A stretch of DNA of 64,000 nt from an uncultured delta proteobacterium (lineage in GTDB: Bacteria > Desulfobacterota > Desulfomonilia > UBA1062). The stretch lies in assembly GCA_963785235.1 (NCBI GenBank), contig CAWAUM010000005.1, positions 224,001 through 288,000 on the forward strand, read 5' to 3'. Every line of letters starts with the position of its first letter. The stretch's first letter is position 1. This document shows, one piece after another, positions 42,211 to 53,418 of this stretch. The notes under the pieces were generated by a model. It was not told the origin of the DNA. It saw only the letters and a list, made by a program, of their open reading frames with translations, and did not search any database. The position numbers and the translations under genes were made by a program.

Positions 42211-42425
42211 AAATCTTTTTCTATATATTTGGATGCATATCCAAGAAAAAGGATGCATGTAAGAAAGTAATCGGCCGACATCAAAGATATCAGAGCATAT
42301 TTGTTAATAATTACAATTATGCCACACCAGAGGCCATTCTACAGAAATGATCCTATATGAAAGTATATATTTTTTCTGATATACTCAAAGTCCGTTGAAA
42401 TGATGTTTATGAGGAGAGTTGTAAC

Positions 42426-44792
42426 ATGAATAGGATACTGTTCATGGTTGGTGTTGCCCTGATAGTACTTACCGGCATGCTGGTATGTACCAGCCTTGAT
42501 ACCCGAGAGGTTGTTCATGCGGAAAATGCTTCGGTAAAGGCTTCAGGTGACTCTCATGCAATGAGCTGCCGGAAGTGCCATCCCACCTTCTACACGTCCT
42601 GGTCAAACTCCTTTCATGGCCTTTCCATTCAGCCATACACACATGATCTTGCCGGTAATAGGCTTATGCCGCCTGCAAAGGATATTCACACAGGCAACAA
42701 CCGGTACACGGCCGATTTAAAGGGAAGCGAAGGTTATATTGTTGAAAAAGGCAACTGGCCCTGGGAAACCACAAAATATCGCATTGAGAACATCCTGGGC
42801 GGGAAGAATGTTTTTTATTTTCTTACTCTCATTGAAAAAAAGCGATTGCAGATCCTGCCCCTGGCTTACGATGTCCGGACAAAGTCGTGGTTTGATATCA
42901 CGGCGAATGGGATGGTCCATGCCAAAGACAAACACCCTGACTGGAAGGATTCCAACTATACCTTCAGCACTGCATGCTATAGCTGTCATGTGAGTCAGCT
43001 TTCATCGAACTATGATCTGAAGGCGGATAGGTACGTAACAGCCTTGGGTTCATCGGGCATCGACTGCGATACATGCCACGGCCTTTCATCGGAGCATTCC
43101 GGATTATTCCAGCAGGCTGCTCAAAACGGTGTGAAACCCGCGTCACTGAAGATTCTCAGCTTCAAGGATTTGACCTCAGAACGGATTAACTCGGCATGTG
43201 CACCATGCCACGCCAGAATGTCGCCTATTACTACGAACTACACCCCCGGTGAGAGCTTCTTTGACCACTATGACCTTACGACACTGGAAGACCCGGATTT
43301 CTACCCTGATGGCAGAGATCTGGGCGAGAACTACACCTATACCCGGTGGCTCATGAGTCCCTGCGTAAAGTCCGGGCAGCTTCATTGTCTCAAGTGCCAT
43401 ACTGCCAGTGGCAGCTTCCGGTTCACAGATGCTGCAAAGGCCAATAATGCATGTTTGCCCTGCCACGGGGAATATGTTCAAAACCCGGCCGAGCATACTC
43501 ACCACAAGCAAGGTAGCTTAGGCAGCATGTGCATCTCCTGTCATATGCCGAAGACAGGCATTGCCCGCATGCAGCGCAGTGATCACTCCATGCTTCCGCC
43601 AACGCCCGCTGCCACAATCACCTTTAAATCGCCAAACGCATGCACCAGTTGTCATACGAATAAGGAAGCCACCTGGGCGGATAAGAATGTGAGGAAATGG
43701 TACAAGGATGACTATCAGGAACCATTCCTTAAGCGATCAGCCCTCATTGATGCAGCGCGAAGGCTTGACTGGAGCAGGTTGAACGATATGCTTTTCTATA
43801 TCAACGGCAAAGACAAAGATGAAGTCATTGCAGCCTCCCTTGTCCGTCTGCTGAGAAAATGTCCTGACTCGAACAAGATCCCGGTTTTCATCCTTGCCCT
43901 TGGCGATCCTTCCCCCTTGGTGCGTTCAAGTGCGGCAGAAGCCCTCTCCGGGGTGAAAACACCCAAGGTTATTCAGGCCCTTCTTGCAGCAACTGCCGAC
44001 CCAGTCAGGCTTGTACGCATCAAGGCTGCTTCGGTATTGGCACGATATCCGGCAAAAGACCTCGCTGAAACCGGTGACACAAACCTTTCAGGAGCAACAG
44101 GCGAATACCTTGCATCATTGCTTGTACAGCCGGACCAGTGGATTTCTCACTACAATATGGGTAATTACTTTCTTGACCGGGGTGAGAACAATGACGCCCT
44201 CCTGGCTTATGAGACAGCCATAAAGATAGCGCCTAAGGCTGTGCAGCCGTTTGTCAAATCCTCACAGGCTTTTTTAAGGCTCAGGAATATATCCAGGGCT
44301 GAAGTGTGGGTGAATAAGGCACTTCATATCGATCCGAATCACGCAGCCGCCAATTATCAGAAGGGTCTTATCAAGATTGACCAGGGCGACTCAAAGACGG
44401 CTGAAGAGAGTTTGAGGATTGCCCTGAATAACGACCCGCTTATGGCCTCTGCAGCCTATAACCTGAGCATATTACTTGCAAAGGAAAGACTAACCGAAGC
44501 TGCTGCCTGGGCCCGGAAGGCCTACTTGATGCAGCCTGAGACGGAATATGGCTATTGGCTGGCCTCTCTCTTGAAGAAAGACGGCAATTGGGACGGGGCA
44601 TTAGAGGTGCTCAGGCAGGTGATGGGTTCAGACCGGGCATTTGCCGAGGCATACCTGCTCATGGGTGAGATCTTTGAAAATCGTGGAAAGAAGAGGGAGG
44701 CCAGGGATATATACAAGCAGGGGCTTGCTGTTGATGGTCTCCCGGAGAAAGGCCGCAATCAGATTGCCAGAAGGCTCAATTCTCTGCAATGA
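42426..44792 (+). CDS. Octaheme cytochrome c with HEAT and TPR repeats
   Basis: 8 CxxCH motifs counted; D.SPLVR..AA HEAT repeats; TPR C-terminus; signal or TM anchor. Confidence 0.88.
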   Translation: MNRILFMVGVALIVLTGMLVCTSLDTREVVHAENASVKASGDSHAMSCRKCHPTFYTSWSNSFHGLSIQPYTHDLAGNRLMPPAKDIHTGNNRYTADLKGSEGYIVEKGNWPWETTKYRIENILGGKNVFYFLTLIEKKRLQILPLAYDVRTKSWFDITANGMVHAKDKHPDWKDSNYTFSTACYSCHVSQLSSNYDLKADRYVTALGSSGIDCDTCHGLSSEHSGLFQQAAQNGVKPASLKILSFKDLTSERINSACAPCHARMSPITTNYTPGESFFDHYDLTTLEDPDFYPDGRDLGENYTYTRWLMSPCVKSGQLHCLKCHTASGSFRFTDAAKANNACLPCHGEYVQNPAEHTHHKQGSLGSMCISCHMPKTGIARMQRSDHSMLPPTPAATITFKSPNACTSCHTNKEATWADKNVRKWYKDDYQEPFLKRSALIDAARRLDWSRLNDMLFYINGKDKDEVIAASLVRLLRKCPDSNKIPVFILALGDPSPLVRSSAAEALSGVKTPKVIQALLAATADPVRLVRIKAASVLARYPAKDLAETGDTNLSGATGEYLASLLVQPDQWISHYNMGNYFLDRGENNDALLAYETAIKIAPKAVQPFVKSSQAFLRLRNISRAEVWVNKALHIDPNHAAANYQKGLIKIDQGDSKTAEESLRIALNNDPLMASAAYNLSILLAKERLTEAAAWARKAYLMQPETEYGYWLASLLKKDGNWDGALEVLRQVMGSDRAFAEAYLLMGEIFENRGKKREARDIYKQGLAVDGLPEKGRNQIARRLNSLQ

Positions 44793-44847
44793 TTGATACA
44801 GCAACCTCTTTTATGATCCATGGACTTGTCAACCACGGAGGAAAGTT

Positions 44848-46317
44848 ATGAAAAACAGATCGAACCATCCCAGGATCTATGAGATCAATACATGGGTTTG
44901 GCTTGAGGAACTCAGCAAGGCAGCCGGGACTGTCGTGACGCTTGCCGACGTTCCGAAGGAAGCCTGGAATGCCATTGCAGAGCTTTCCATGGATGCGGTC
45001 TGGTTCATGGGGGTCTGGGAGCGAAGCCCCATAGGTATCGGTATTGCCACGGAAAATGCTGTTCTTCAAGACGAATTCAAAAGGGTTTTGCCGGATTATA
45101 CACCTGCGGATATGATCGGATCCGCTTATTGCATCCGCAGGTACGAGGTGGATGAACGTCTGGGTGGGGCAGACGGGCTTGCAATTGCGCGCAAGGAGCT
45201 TGCAAAGCGGGGCATGAGCCTCATCCTTGATTATGTGCCGAACCACGTGGCACCGGATCACCCCTGGGTTAGAGAATACCCGGAGTATTTCATCCAGGGC
45301 GATTCTGGGGACCTTGAAAATGAACCGGAATCCTTCATGGATGTCAACGGAAAGGTCTTTGCCTGCGGAAGGGACCCATACTTCCCGGCATGGCAGGATG
45401 TGCTCCAGCTCAATGCATTCTCCAAGGGCATGCGCAAGGAGTCCATCAAGACGGTGTCATCCATTGCAGAGCAATGTGATGGCATGCGGTGCGACATGGC
45501 CATGCTGCTTTTGAGTGATGTATATGCAAGGACATGGGGAGAAAAGGCAGGGGTTAAACCAAATACCGAATACTGGTCAGAGGTGATCAGTGCCGTAAAA
45601 AAGAAACACCCGGAAACGGTTTTTATTGCAGAGACCTACTGGGACATGGAATGGGAACTGCTGCAGCTCGGTTTCGACTACTGCTATGACAAGCGCCTCT
45701 ATGACCGGCTTGTTTTTGATACCGCAGAAGGCGTGCGGCTTCACCTCCTGGCTGAGCCGACATACCAGACAAGGCTGATCCGCTTTATCGAGAACCACGA
45801 CGAGCCGAGGGCGGCCTGGGTTTTTTCCAAGGAGAAGGCACGCTCTGCAGCCGTTGTCTTTGCAACGCTGTCCGGGGCAAAGCTCTTTCATGAAGGCCAG
45901 TTCGAGGGAAGGAAGGCCAAGCTCCCGGTTTTTCTGAAACGCAGGCCTGATGAGGGTGTTGACTATGACCTGAAGGCCTTTTATGGCAGGCTGATGGAAG
46001 TCATCAATTTACAGACAATTCGCCAGGGAAGGTGGGGGCTCTGCACGCTTTCCGGGTGGCCTGAAAATTCGAGCTGGATGAATATGGCCGCATGGCGCTG
46101 GCAAAAGGATCAGGAGATATGCCTGATTGTGGTGAACCTTTCAGACATGCGCTCCCAGGCGCGGGTACACCTGAGCGGTGTAACCCTTGAAGGCATGACA
46201 GTGAAGATGACCGATATCATGAACAATGAAGTATATGAGCGCTCGGGCAACGAGATGGCTGAAATAGGCCTATATGTGGACCTGGAGCCGTGGGCTTATC
46301 ATGTGTTGGTGTTTTAA
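44848..46317 (+). CDS. Alpha-amylase family glycoside hydrolase (GH13)
   Basis: DYVPNH, DGMRCDMA, AETY, ENHDE. Confidence 0.9.
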   Translation: MKNRSNHPRIYEINTWVWLEELSKAAGTVVTLADVPKEAWNAIAELSMDAVWFMGVWERSPIGIGIATENAVLQDEFKRVLPDYTPADMIGSAYCIRRYEVDERLGGADGLAIARKELAKRGMSLILDYVPNHVAPDHPWVREYPEYFIQGDSGDLENEPESFMDVNGKVFACGRDPYFPAWQDVLQLNAFSKGMRKESIKTVSSIAEQCDGMRCDMAMLLLSDVYARTWGEKAGVKPNTEYWSEVISAVKKKHPETVFIAETYWDMEWELLQLGFDYCYDKRLYDRLVFDTAEGVRLHLLAEPTYQTRLIRFIENHDEPRAAWVFSKEKARSAAVVFATLSGAKLFHEGQFEGRKAKLPVFLKRRPDEGVDYDLKAFYGRLMEVINLQTIRQGRWGLCTLSGWPENSSWMNMAAWRWQKDQEICLIVVNLSDMRSQARVHLSGVTLEGMTVKMTDIMNNEVYERSGNEMAEIGLYVDLEPWAYHVLVF

Positions 46318-46387
46318 GGATATTCAGGAGAGCCAATTGCAAAACTCACAGGACGTCATTCCACGAGTTCTGCAAATGGATCAGTAC

Positions 46388-48284
46388 TTATTGCTTAACC
46401 CTCTTCAGCACGCCCGGAAAATGATGCTGGTCCGTGTGCGGCAGGAAGAGCGCTGCCATATACTGATCCATATAACCAGGGAAGGTGCTCAGATCGATAT
46501 AGGTCATCCGTTTTGTCAGTGCTTTTTGAAGCCCTCTGAATTCCTGGGACAGGAGGCCAAGCGTTGAACCCTGCAAAGAGGCATTGCCCAGGTAATGGAA
46601 CTTCTCAACCGGTATTTCAGGGAGCAGGCCTATGACCATGGCATTATCAAGGTTGAGGAACCTGCCGAATCCGCCTGCTATATAAAACGTGGAGATATCG
46701 TGAAAGGTGATCCCCATCTGCTTGAGCAGCAAAGAGGCGGCTGAATAGATGGCGGCCTTGGCGCGCATGAGATTGTCGATGTCCGTTTCGCTCAGTATGA
46801 TGGTTCTGCCGCTGCAGGAGTCCCGGGCTTCAGCCAGGGTGTAATAAGCCCGCCTGCCGTTGATGTGTATGAACGGGCAAGGCCGCAAACGGTTGAATTT
46901 TCCAGAAGGATCGATCCAGCCGGTCAGGAAGAGCCCGGCAATAAGGTCAATCATGCCGGACCCGCAAATGCCCGACGGCCTGCCTGTGCCGATGGTGGTG
47001 TAACGGGCGTGGCCGGAATCCGGGTCAATGGTGACCGAGTCAATGGCCCCGGTGGTGGCCCGCATGCCGCAATCAATGCCGCCGCCTTCAAAGGCCGGCC
47101 CTGCGGAACAGGCACAGGTCATGAGAAAATCCTTGTTGCCCACCACGATCTCGCCATTGGTGCCGATATCCATGAAGAGGCAGATATCCTCGGTATTCTT
47201 CACAATGTCAGTGGTGAGGATGCCAGCCGTGATGTCCCCTCCCACATAGCTGCCCACACAGTCAGACAGGGTGACAAAGGCCTGCGCGTGAATATCCAGC
47301 CCCAGTTCAGAGGCCCGTAGTGGTTCTGTGTGGAGCATTGTAGGCGTATAGGGTTCCAGCCGCAGGTATTCCGGTTTGAGACCCAGGAACAGATGCGTCA
47401 TGATGGTATTGCCTGATAAGCGGCAGCAGGTGATCGATTCCTTACTGGTCCGGGAATCTGTGGTGGCTTCTTCAATGAGACGGTTCACGGAATGCACTGC
47501 ACGCAACCGCAGGTCGTCGAGCCTTTCCTTTGTAGCCGCGTAATTGATCCTGCTTATGACATCGAGCCCGCAGTGGATCTGGTCATTGTACCCGTTTCTG
47601 GTTGATACCACCTTGCCGCTTTCCAGGTTGATGAGCTGCACGGAGATGGTGGTGGTCCCCAGATCAACAGCTATCCCAAGGTTCATGGGAGCCTTTTTAC
47701 CGCTTATGATATCAATGACGCGTGTCCGGCAGTCATCCGCGGCTATGGTCAGCGTCACCAGGCCGTCTTGTTCCCGCAGGGTATCTGCAAGTTTCCGGAT
47801 GACCGACAGGGAATAGGTGATGTCCTGATTCGGGAAAAGTGCGTTGAGGCTGCCATCAACCCTGTCAAGGTCCGACAGGCCGTCTTCCCGGCCGGGTTTG
47901 GGGATGGACAGACTGACCTGCTTCGTGAGGGGGGAAAGGTGGGGCAATGCAGGAAAGTGTTCGAAGATGGGATCAATACTGTCATCAATAACCGCATACG
48001 CCGCACCGGCGGATTGATCAGGGATGCTGATGGTTACATCGGTTGTAACTGCCGACTGGCAGGCAATGACAAACCCGGATTCCTTCTCTCTATCGCCTGG
48101 TGCAATGCCCGGTTTTTCCGAGATGGTGCCCTGGTTCACCCGGACAAGACATTTTCCGCAGGTGCCTTTTCCACCGCAGGGAAGGTCGATCATGACCCCT
48201 GCCAGCAAGTGCAGCATCGGAAAGCAACGTGCCGGAAGGGACGTCTATGGTTTTCTTGCTGGGAAGAAAGGTTATTTTCGGCAT
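46388..48284 (-). CDS. ASKHA/RACo corrinoid reductive activator with 2Fe-2S domain; frameshift near 48209
   Basis: CGGKGTCGKC, DLGTT, DIGTNGE, SAGPAFEG, GICGSG; N-terminus MPKITFLP lies in another frame. Confidence 0.85.
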
Positions 48285-48310
48285 AATGATTCTATCTTAT
48301 CCTTAATGGA

Positions 48311-48348
48311 CCCCTTACCAATACCCTCTCCAGCAAGGGGAGAGGGTA
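48311..48348. repeat. REP-like hairpin of the CCCTCTCC..GGAGAGGG family
   Basis: CCCCTTACCAATACCCTCTCCAGCAAGGGGAGAGGGTA, 10-bp perfect stem. Confidence 0.6.
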
Positions 48349-48560
48349 ATAGAGATTCTTGGCTTTTCTTTATCATACTAGATGTAGATCATCATGCATA
48401 AAAACTTTTTTTAGAACTAACGCACTCATAATTGACAGCCGATACCTGAGCGTTTTTGCATGTTGTACAACAAGATCATGTAATGTATTGTTCAACTATC
48501 AGAAATTACAACTTAAGATGGTCTTCTACGATGAAATGACTTTTGTGGTAAGGAGTTCTC

Positions 48561-49677
48561 TTGCCTGATATCGCCTTGAGAATCATGGTGGAAATAATCA
48601 CCTTCGGTGTCGGGTTATCCCTTGTTTTTGCCATTGCCCAACTCTGCAGGAAAGACAGGGATCAGTCGAACTATCTCAACTTCCTGGTTTTTCTGGGGAA
48701 CAGCATCATCCAGCTGTTTGTCGTGCTGAAGGTGCACAATGTAATCCAGGAGTACCCCCTTGCTTCCTTTCTTACCCTGTCTGCGATTTTCTTTATCGGC
48801 CCTGCAAATTATCTGTATCACTATATCCTGCTGAATCCGGAAAAGGCTGTTTCGGTAAGGCTGAAAATTCAATTCGTCCCTGCGGCAGTCGCCTTCATCT
48901 GCGAGATTTTCTTCCAGTTCCTGCCGACTGAGCTGAAAAAACAGTACCTGGCCCGGTTGATCGATTCTCCGCTGCACCACTGGTTCACGCTCATACTGGT
49001 GATTAGGAGCGACCTTCAACTTCGTCTATTTCCTGATCATGTTCAGGCTGGGGCTCAGTGTGGTCAAGAGTGAAAACATACGGACACAGGTCCTTATCAT
49101 GCTGGGGGCCTTTTTCTCCACGCTGGTATCCATTATCCTTCTCTCCTTTGGGTTTTTGCTCGGCTCAAACACCACGCTGCTCATGGGCGGGATGATTATA
49201 ACACTCATAAATATCTCCATGTTCCTGTCCAACATGAGGTATCCCAACTTCTACCGGCTCATCGAGAACGAGATCAAGAAAAACAGGTACGAAAGGTCTC
49301 TTCTCAAAGGGCTGGACACCGAGGTCGTCTTCGACCGCCTGACCTATCTGATGGGTGTGGAGAATATCTACAAGGATTTCGACTTAAGCCTTGAAGGACT
49401 TGCGCAGATGATGTCCATCACCCCTCACCAGCTTTCCCAGTTCATGAACGAGAGGCTTAAGACCAACTTTCGCAATTACATAAACTCCTACCGGATCGAA
49501 GAGGCCAAGAAGATACTCATCAGTGAGTCGGACAAGAATATCCTCACCATCTGTTACGATGTGGGGTTCAACTCGAAATCCACTTTCAACCACTGCTTCA
49601 AAAAATATACGGACAAAACACCCTCCGAGTTCCGCCTGGAGCATCAGTCAATGGGTAAGGACCGTCCGGATCTATAA
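48561..49677 (+). CDS. Membrane-anchored AraC family regulator; frameshift near 49003
   Basis: Multi-TM N-terminus; YINSYRIEEAKK..VGFNSKSTFN..FKK HTH. Confidence 0.85.
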
Positions 49678-49790
49678 ATCCGGCCGCCTGAACTGCCGTT
49701 GCCGACAGGTTTGAAACAAGGCTGGGAGCCGGTAAGCCGCAAAATATTAGAAATATTTTTTGCCGGAGTCCGGATCTATGAACCCGGTCG
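49664..49790. promoter_or_regulatory. Pair of 23-bp direct repeats, candidate AraC operators
   Basis: GTCCGGATCTATAAATCCGGCCG (49664) and GTCCGGATCTATGAACCCGGTCG (49768), 20/23 identical. Confidence 0.65.
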
Positions 49791-49841
49791 ACAGGGGCCT
49801 GTCCAACGTCTATCTTTGGAACATAATTTAGGGGGTGCATA

Positions 49842-50693
49842 ATGGCTAAGAGAGAATTGAATGGCAAAACAGCGGTCATCACCGGGGCGGCCTCCGGGAT
49901 AGGGAGAGGGCTGGCGCTCGCACTGGCAAGAGAGAGGTGCACCATGCTCCTGGCCGACATCAACGAGGCAGGGCTGAAGCAGACCTTGGAGATGGTAATC
50001 AAGTCGGGCGGCAAGGCAGAGATTTTTCTGTGCGATGTATCCAAGCTCGATGAGGTCATGAGGATGGCGGACCACTGCTTCGATGCATGGGGCAGGGTGG
50101 ACATCCTCATCAACAACGCAGGCGTCGCTTCCGTCGGGTTCATGGGCGACATCCCCATAAAGGATTGGGAATGGATCGTTTCCATCAACTTCTGGGGTGT
50201 GGTGTACGGCTGCCATGCCTTTGTCCCCAGGATGAAGAAACAGGGGAGCGGACATATCGTGAACGTGGCATCCGCCGCGGGCATCCTCTCATCTGCCGAA
50301 ATGGCCCCGTACAATGCGACAAAGGCAGCGGTCATCTCCATTTCAGAGACCCTCAAGAGCGAGCTGGCCCCATATAACATCGGGGTGACGGTAACCTGCC
50401 CCACATTCATCAAGACGAATCTCATGGACAAGATGAGATGCACGGACGAGTTCCAGAGGCAGTGTTCAACCACAGGCGTTGACAATGCGAGGTGGACGCC
50501 TGACATGATCGCCGCTCTGGTGATCGATGCCGTGAAGAAGGACAAGCTCTATGTGGTACCTCAGGCGGCGGCAAAGCTCATGTGGATATCCAAACGCATA
50601 TCGCCTTCTGCCTTCTTCGGATTCTTCGCCTTCCTCATGCGCATGGGATGGGCGAGGAAAATCATGCTCCACATGGCACGGCTGGGGTTTTAA
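49842..50693 (+). CDS. Short-chain dehydrogenase/reductase
   Basis: TGAASGIG, NNAG, YNATK. Confidence 0.93.
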   Translation: MAKRELNGKTAVITGAASGIGRGLALALARERCTMLLADINEAGLKQTLEMVIKSGGKAEIFLCDVSKLDEVMRMADHCFDAWGRVDILINNAGVASVGFMGDIPIKDWEWIVSINFWGVVYGCHAFVPRMKKQGSGHIVNVASAAGILSSAEMAPYNATKAAVISISETLKSELAPYNIGVTVTCPTFIKTNLMDKMRCTDEFQRQCSTTGVDNARWTPDMIAALVIDAVKKDKLYVVPQAAAKLMWISKRISPSAFFGFFAFLMRMGWARKIMLHMARLGF

Positions 50694-50755
50694 GAAAATT
50701 TTGGAAAGAGGTGTTGTCACATGGAAAAGGAACTGAAAGGAAAAAGGAGGTGTTT

Positions 50756-52259
50756 ATGATTTCAGGCTCAGAGATAAAATCTCTCATGCAGAGGTTTCCC
50801 AAGTTCGAGAATTCTTTCATAGGACTGGAATATGCCCCCAGGCTTCCCAAGGCCATGGTCAGGGAAACCAGGGAACTGGTCGCGTATGCACGGAAATTCA
50901 ACGACAAAGTGGTAAGGCCTAATGCGCTGGCCCTGGACAGGCTGACCCACGAGGATCCCGATTACCTCCCGCATGATCTCATGAAGACGGTGAATGACTG
51001 GGGGTTCTACACCATGTGGGTCCCGAAGATATTCGGAGGCAAAGGGAAAAACCTGCCCTCGCTCTCTCCGGTCATGGAAGAGATATCATCGGCCTGCGTG
51101 GGCATCGCCAATGTCATGGGGGTTACGTATCTCGGCCTCACGAGCCTCATGACATCGTTCAACATGAGGATCACCAACAGGATACTCAAGGATGTGATCG
51201 AAGGCGAGAGGAAGGGAGAGCCCAAACTCATCGCCTTTGCCATCACCGAGCCCGCTGCAGGGACCGACGCCGAGGACATGGACCTCGTGGACAGAGGCAG
51301 GGTGATATGCAAGGCCAAACGGGTGGACGGAGGGTATGTGGTCAATGGACGCAAGGTGTTCATATCCATGGGCCATGTCTCCGAATGGACGGTCTTCTAT
51401 GCCTATACCGACCTGAAGAAGCCCTCGCAGACCATGATCGGCCTCGTGGTGAAAACCGGCACCAAAGGCTTCTCCGTGGGCCGGCATGAAGACAAGATGG
51501 GACAGCGCGTGTGCCCTGCCAGCGAGATCATCTTCGAAGACTGCTTCATCCCGGATGACCAGGTCCTCATCGACTCGTACAGCATGAAGAAGTTCACCAG
51601 CAAGTCCCCTGCCGAGGTCATGATGAGGCACATCGACTTCCTGGCCTCCTCGAGCAAGGCAGGCGTCTGCTCCATCGGCACCGGGGTGGCCCGCGGGGCG
51701 CTGGAAGATGCCCTGAAATTCGCGTCGGCCACCGAGGTCAAGGGCAAGCTCCTCATCAACCATCAGTGGGCGCAGGGCATTCTGGCGGAGATGTACAAGA
51801 ATGTGACCCTGGGGAGGCTTGCCTACCAGGAGGCGAACTATGCCAACTCCAGCCGTGGGGACCTATGACCTGCTCCAGATGAAGCCGGTGTTCTACTACC
51901 TGAAGCTCATGCCGCCGTCATACTTCAAGATGCTCGAGCCCATGATCAACAAGGGTATCACCACCTGGGCCATGAGCAAGATGTATTTCGACCTGAAGAA
52001 GCAGGCCAATGTGGACTGCTGCTCGGGAATGTCCTCGCTGGCGAAGGTCGCAGGCACGGACATCGGCATGAAGAACTGCCAGCTTGCCATGGACCTCATG
52101 GGCGAGGCCGGACTGCGCCAGGACATGGGGATGGAGAAACGCCTGCGCGACGCCAAGCTGCTGCAGATCTATGAAGGCTCGAACCAGATGAACAGGCTCA
52201 TTATGTTCAAGGGCCTCATCGCCCCGTCCTGTCCGCAGGCACGGGTTTTTGAACAGTGA
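50756..52259 (+). CDS. Acyl-CoA dehydrogenase; frameshift near 51860
   Basis: AITEPAAGTD, NGRKVFIS, KMGQR, RDAKLLQIYEGSNQ. Confidence 0.85.
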
Positions 52260-52273
52260 GAGGGGGTAGAGAT

Positions 52274-53394
52274 ATGATTACTTCTTTACTGCATGACGAA
52301 ATGAAGTCCTTCGAGGATCTTGCCCTGAATTTCGCGGTCAAGGAGCTGGCACATCGCAGGGAGGTGAGCGACCGGTATCCGTTCAGTCCCTTTGACAACA
52401 CCGTCCTGGCCAAGGCCCACGAGCTCGGGTTCCTGGGCATAACGCTGCCCGAAGACCTGGGCGGCATCGGGCAGGGGATAAGCACCCTGTGCGTGGTCCT
52501 GGAAAGCATCTGCCGGACGGACGCCAGCCTGGGTGCAATCATATTCACCAATGCGCTTGCCCAGGAGATCATCCTCCGGTCCGGGTCGGGGGAACTGCTC
52601 CGCGGATGCCTCGCATCCCAAGGGAGCCCTCATCGGCATTTTCCGCATACAGCAATCCGGAGGAGCACAAGGATCTCCCCCTGGCAGCAAAAGGGAAGAA
52701 GGGATATACGCTCTCGGGCTCGGCCAATTACGTCGTCCTTGCCCCGATTGCGGCACATGCCCTGATCCCGGCAAGGATATCCGGCCAGGAAGGGTATTCA
52801 TTCTTCCTGGTGAACCTGTCTCACCCCAAGGTGAAAAAGAGCGAACCTGTCTTCAGTCTCGGGGTCCATGCATGCCCGGTGGCCGATCTCGCCCTGGATG
52901 GGGCCGAAGCCGTGCTGGTGGGCCAGGAAGGCAAAGGGGCGGCAGAGCTTCAAGGAGGCAGTCGGGCATGATGTATGCCGCCGCTGCAGCAATCTCGCTG
53001 GGGATCATGAGAGGCTCTTTCGACTATGCGCTGGCCTACAGCAATGAAAGGGAACAGGGCGGATGTCCAATCGTCAACTGGTCCATGATCAAGACCATCC
53101 TGGCGGACATGGCGATACAGATGAAGATCGGGGACATGGCCGTGAGCGGCGCCTGCAGCGCCATAGAAAAGAAGATGGCAGGATGGGACCTCTGCGCCAA
53201 GACCGCAGCCCTGTCATGTCCAGGATGCCGCCTGCCAGGTGACCACCGAGGGCATACAGGTCCTGGGCGGGTACGGCTACATGAAGGACTACGGCCAGGA
53301 AAAGCGGTTCCGTGACGCCGGGCAGATCAAGACGCTTCTCGGCATGGCCCCGCTGAGAAAGGTCGAGCTCCTGGATCAGATGAACACCAGATGA
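52274..53394 (+). CDS. Acyl-CoA dehydrogenase-like protein; about 3 frameshifts
   Basis: LPEDLGG, YSNEREQGG and QVLGGYGYMKDY..EKRFRDA recovered across frames. Confidence 0.75.
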
Positions 53395-53418
53395 TAGGTG
53401 AAGAGAGGATGTGAGCAT

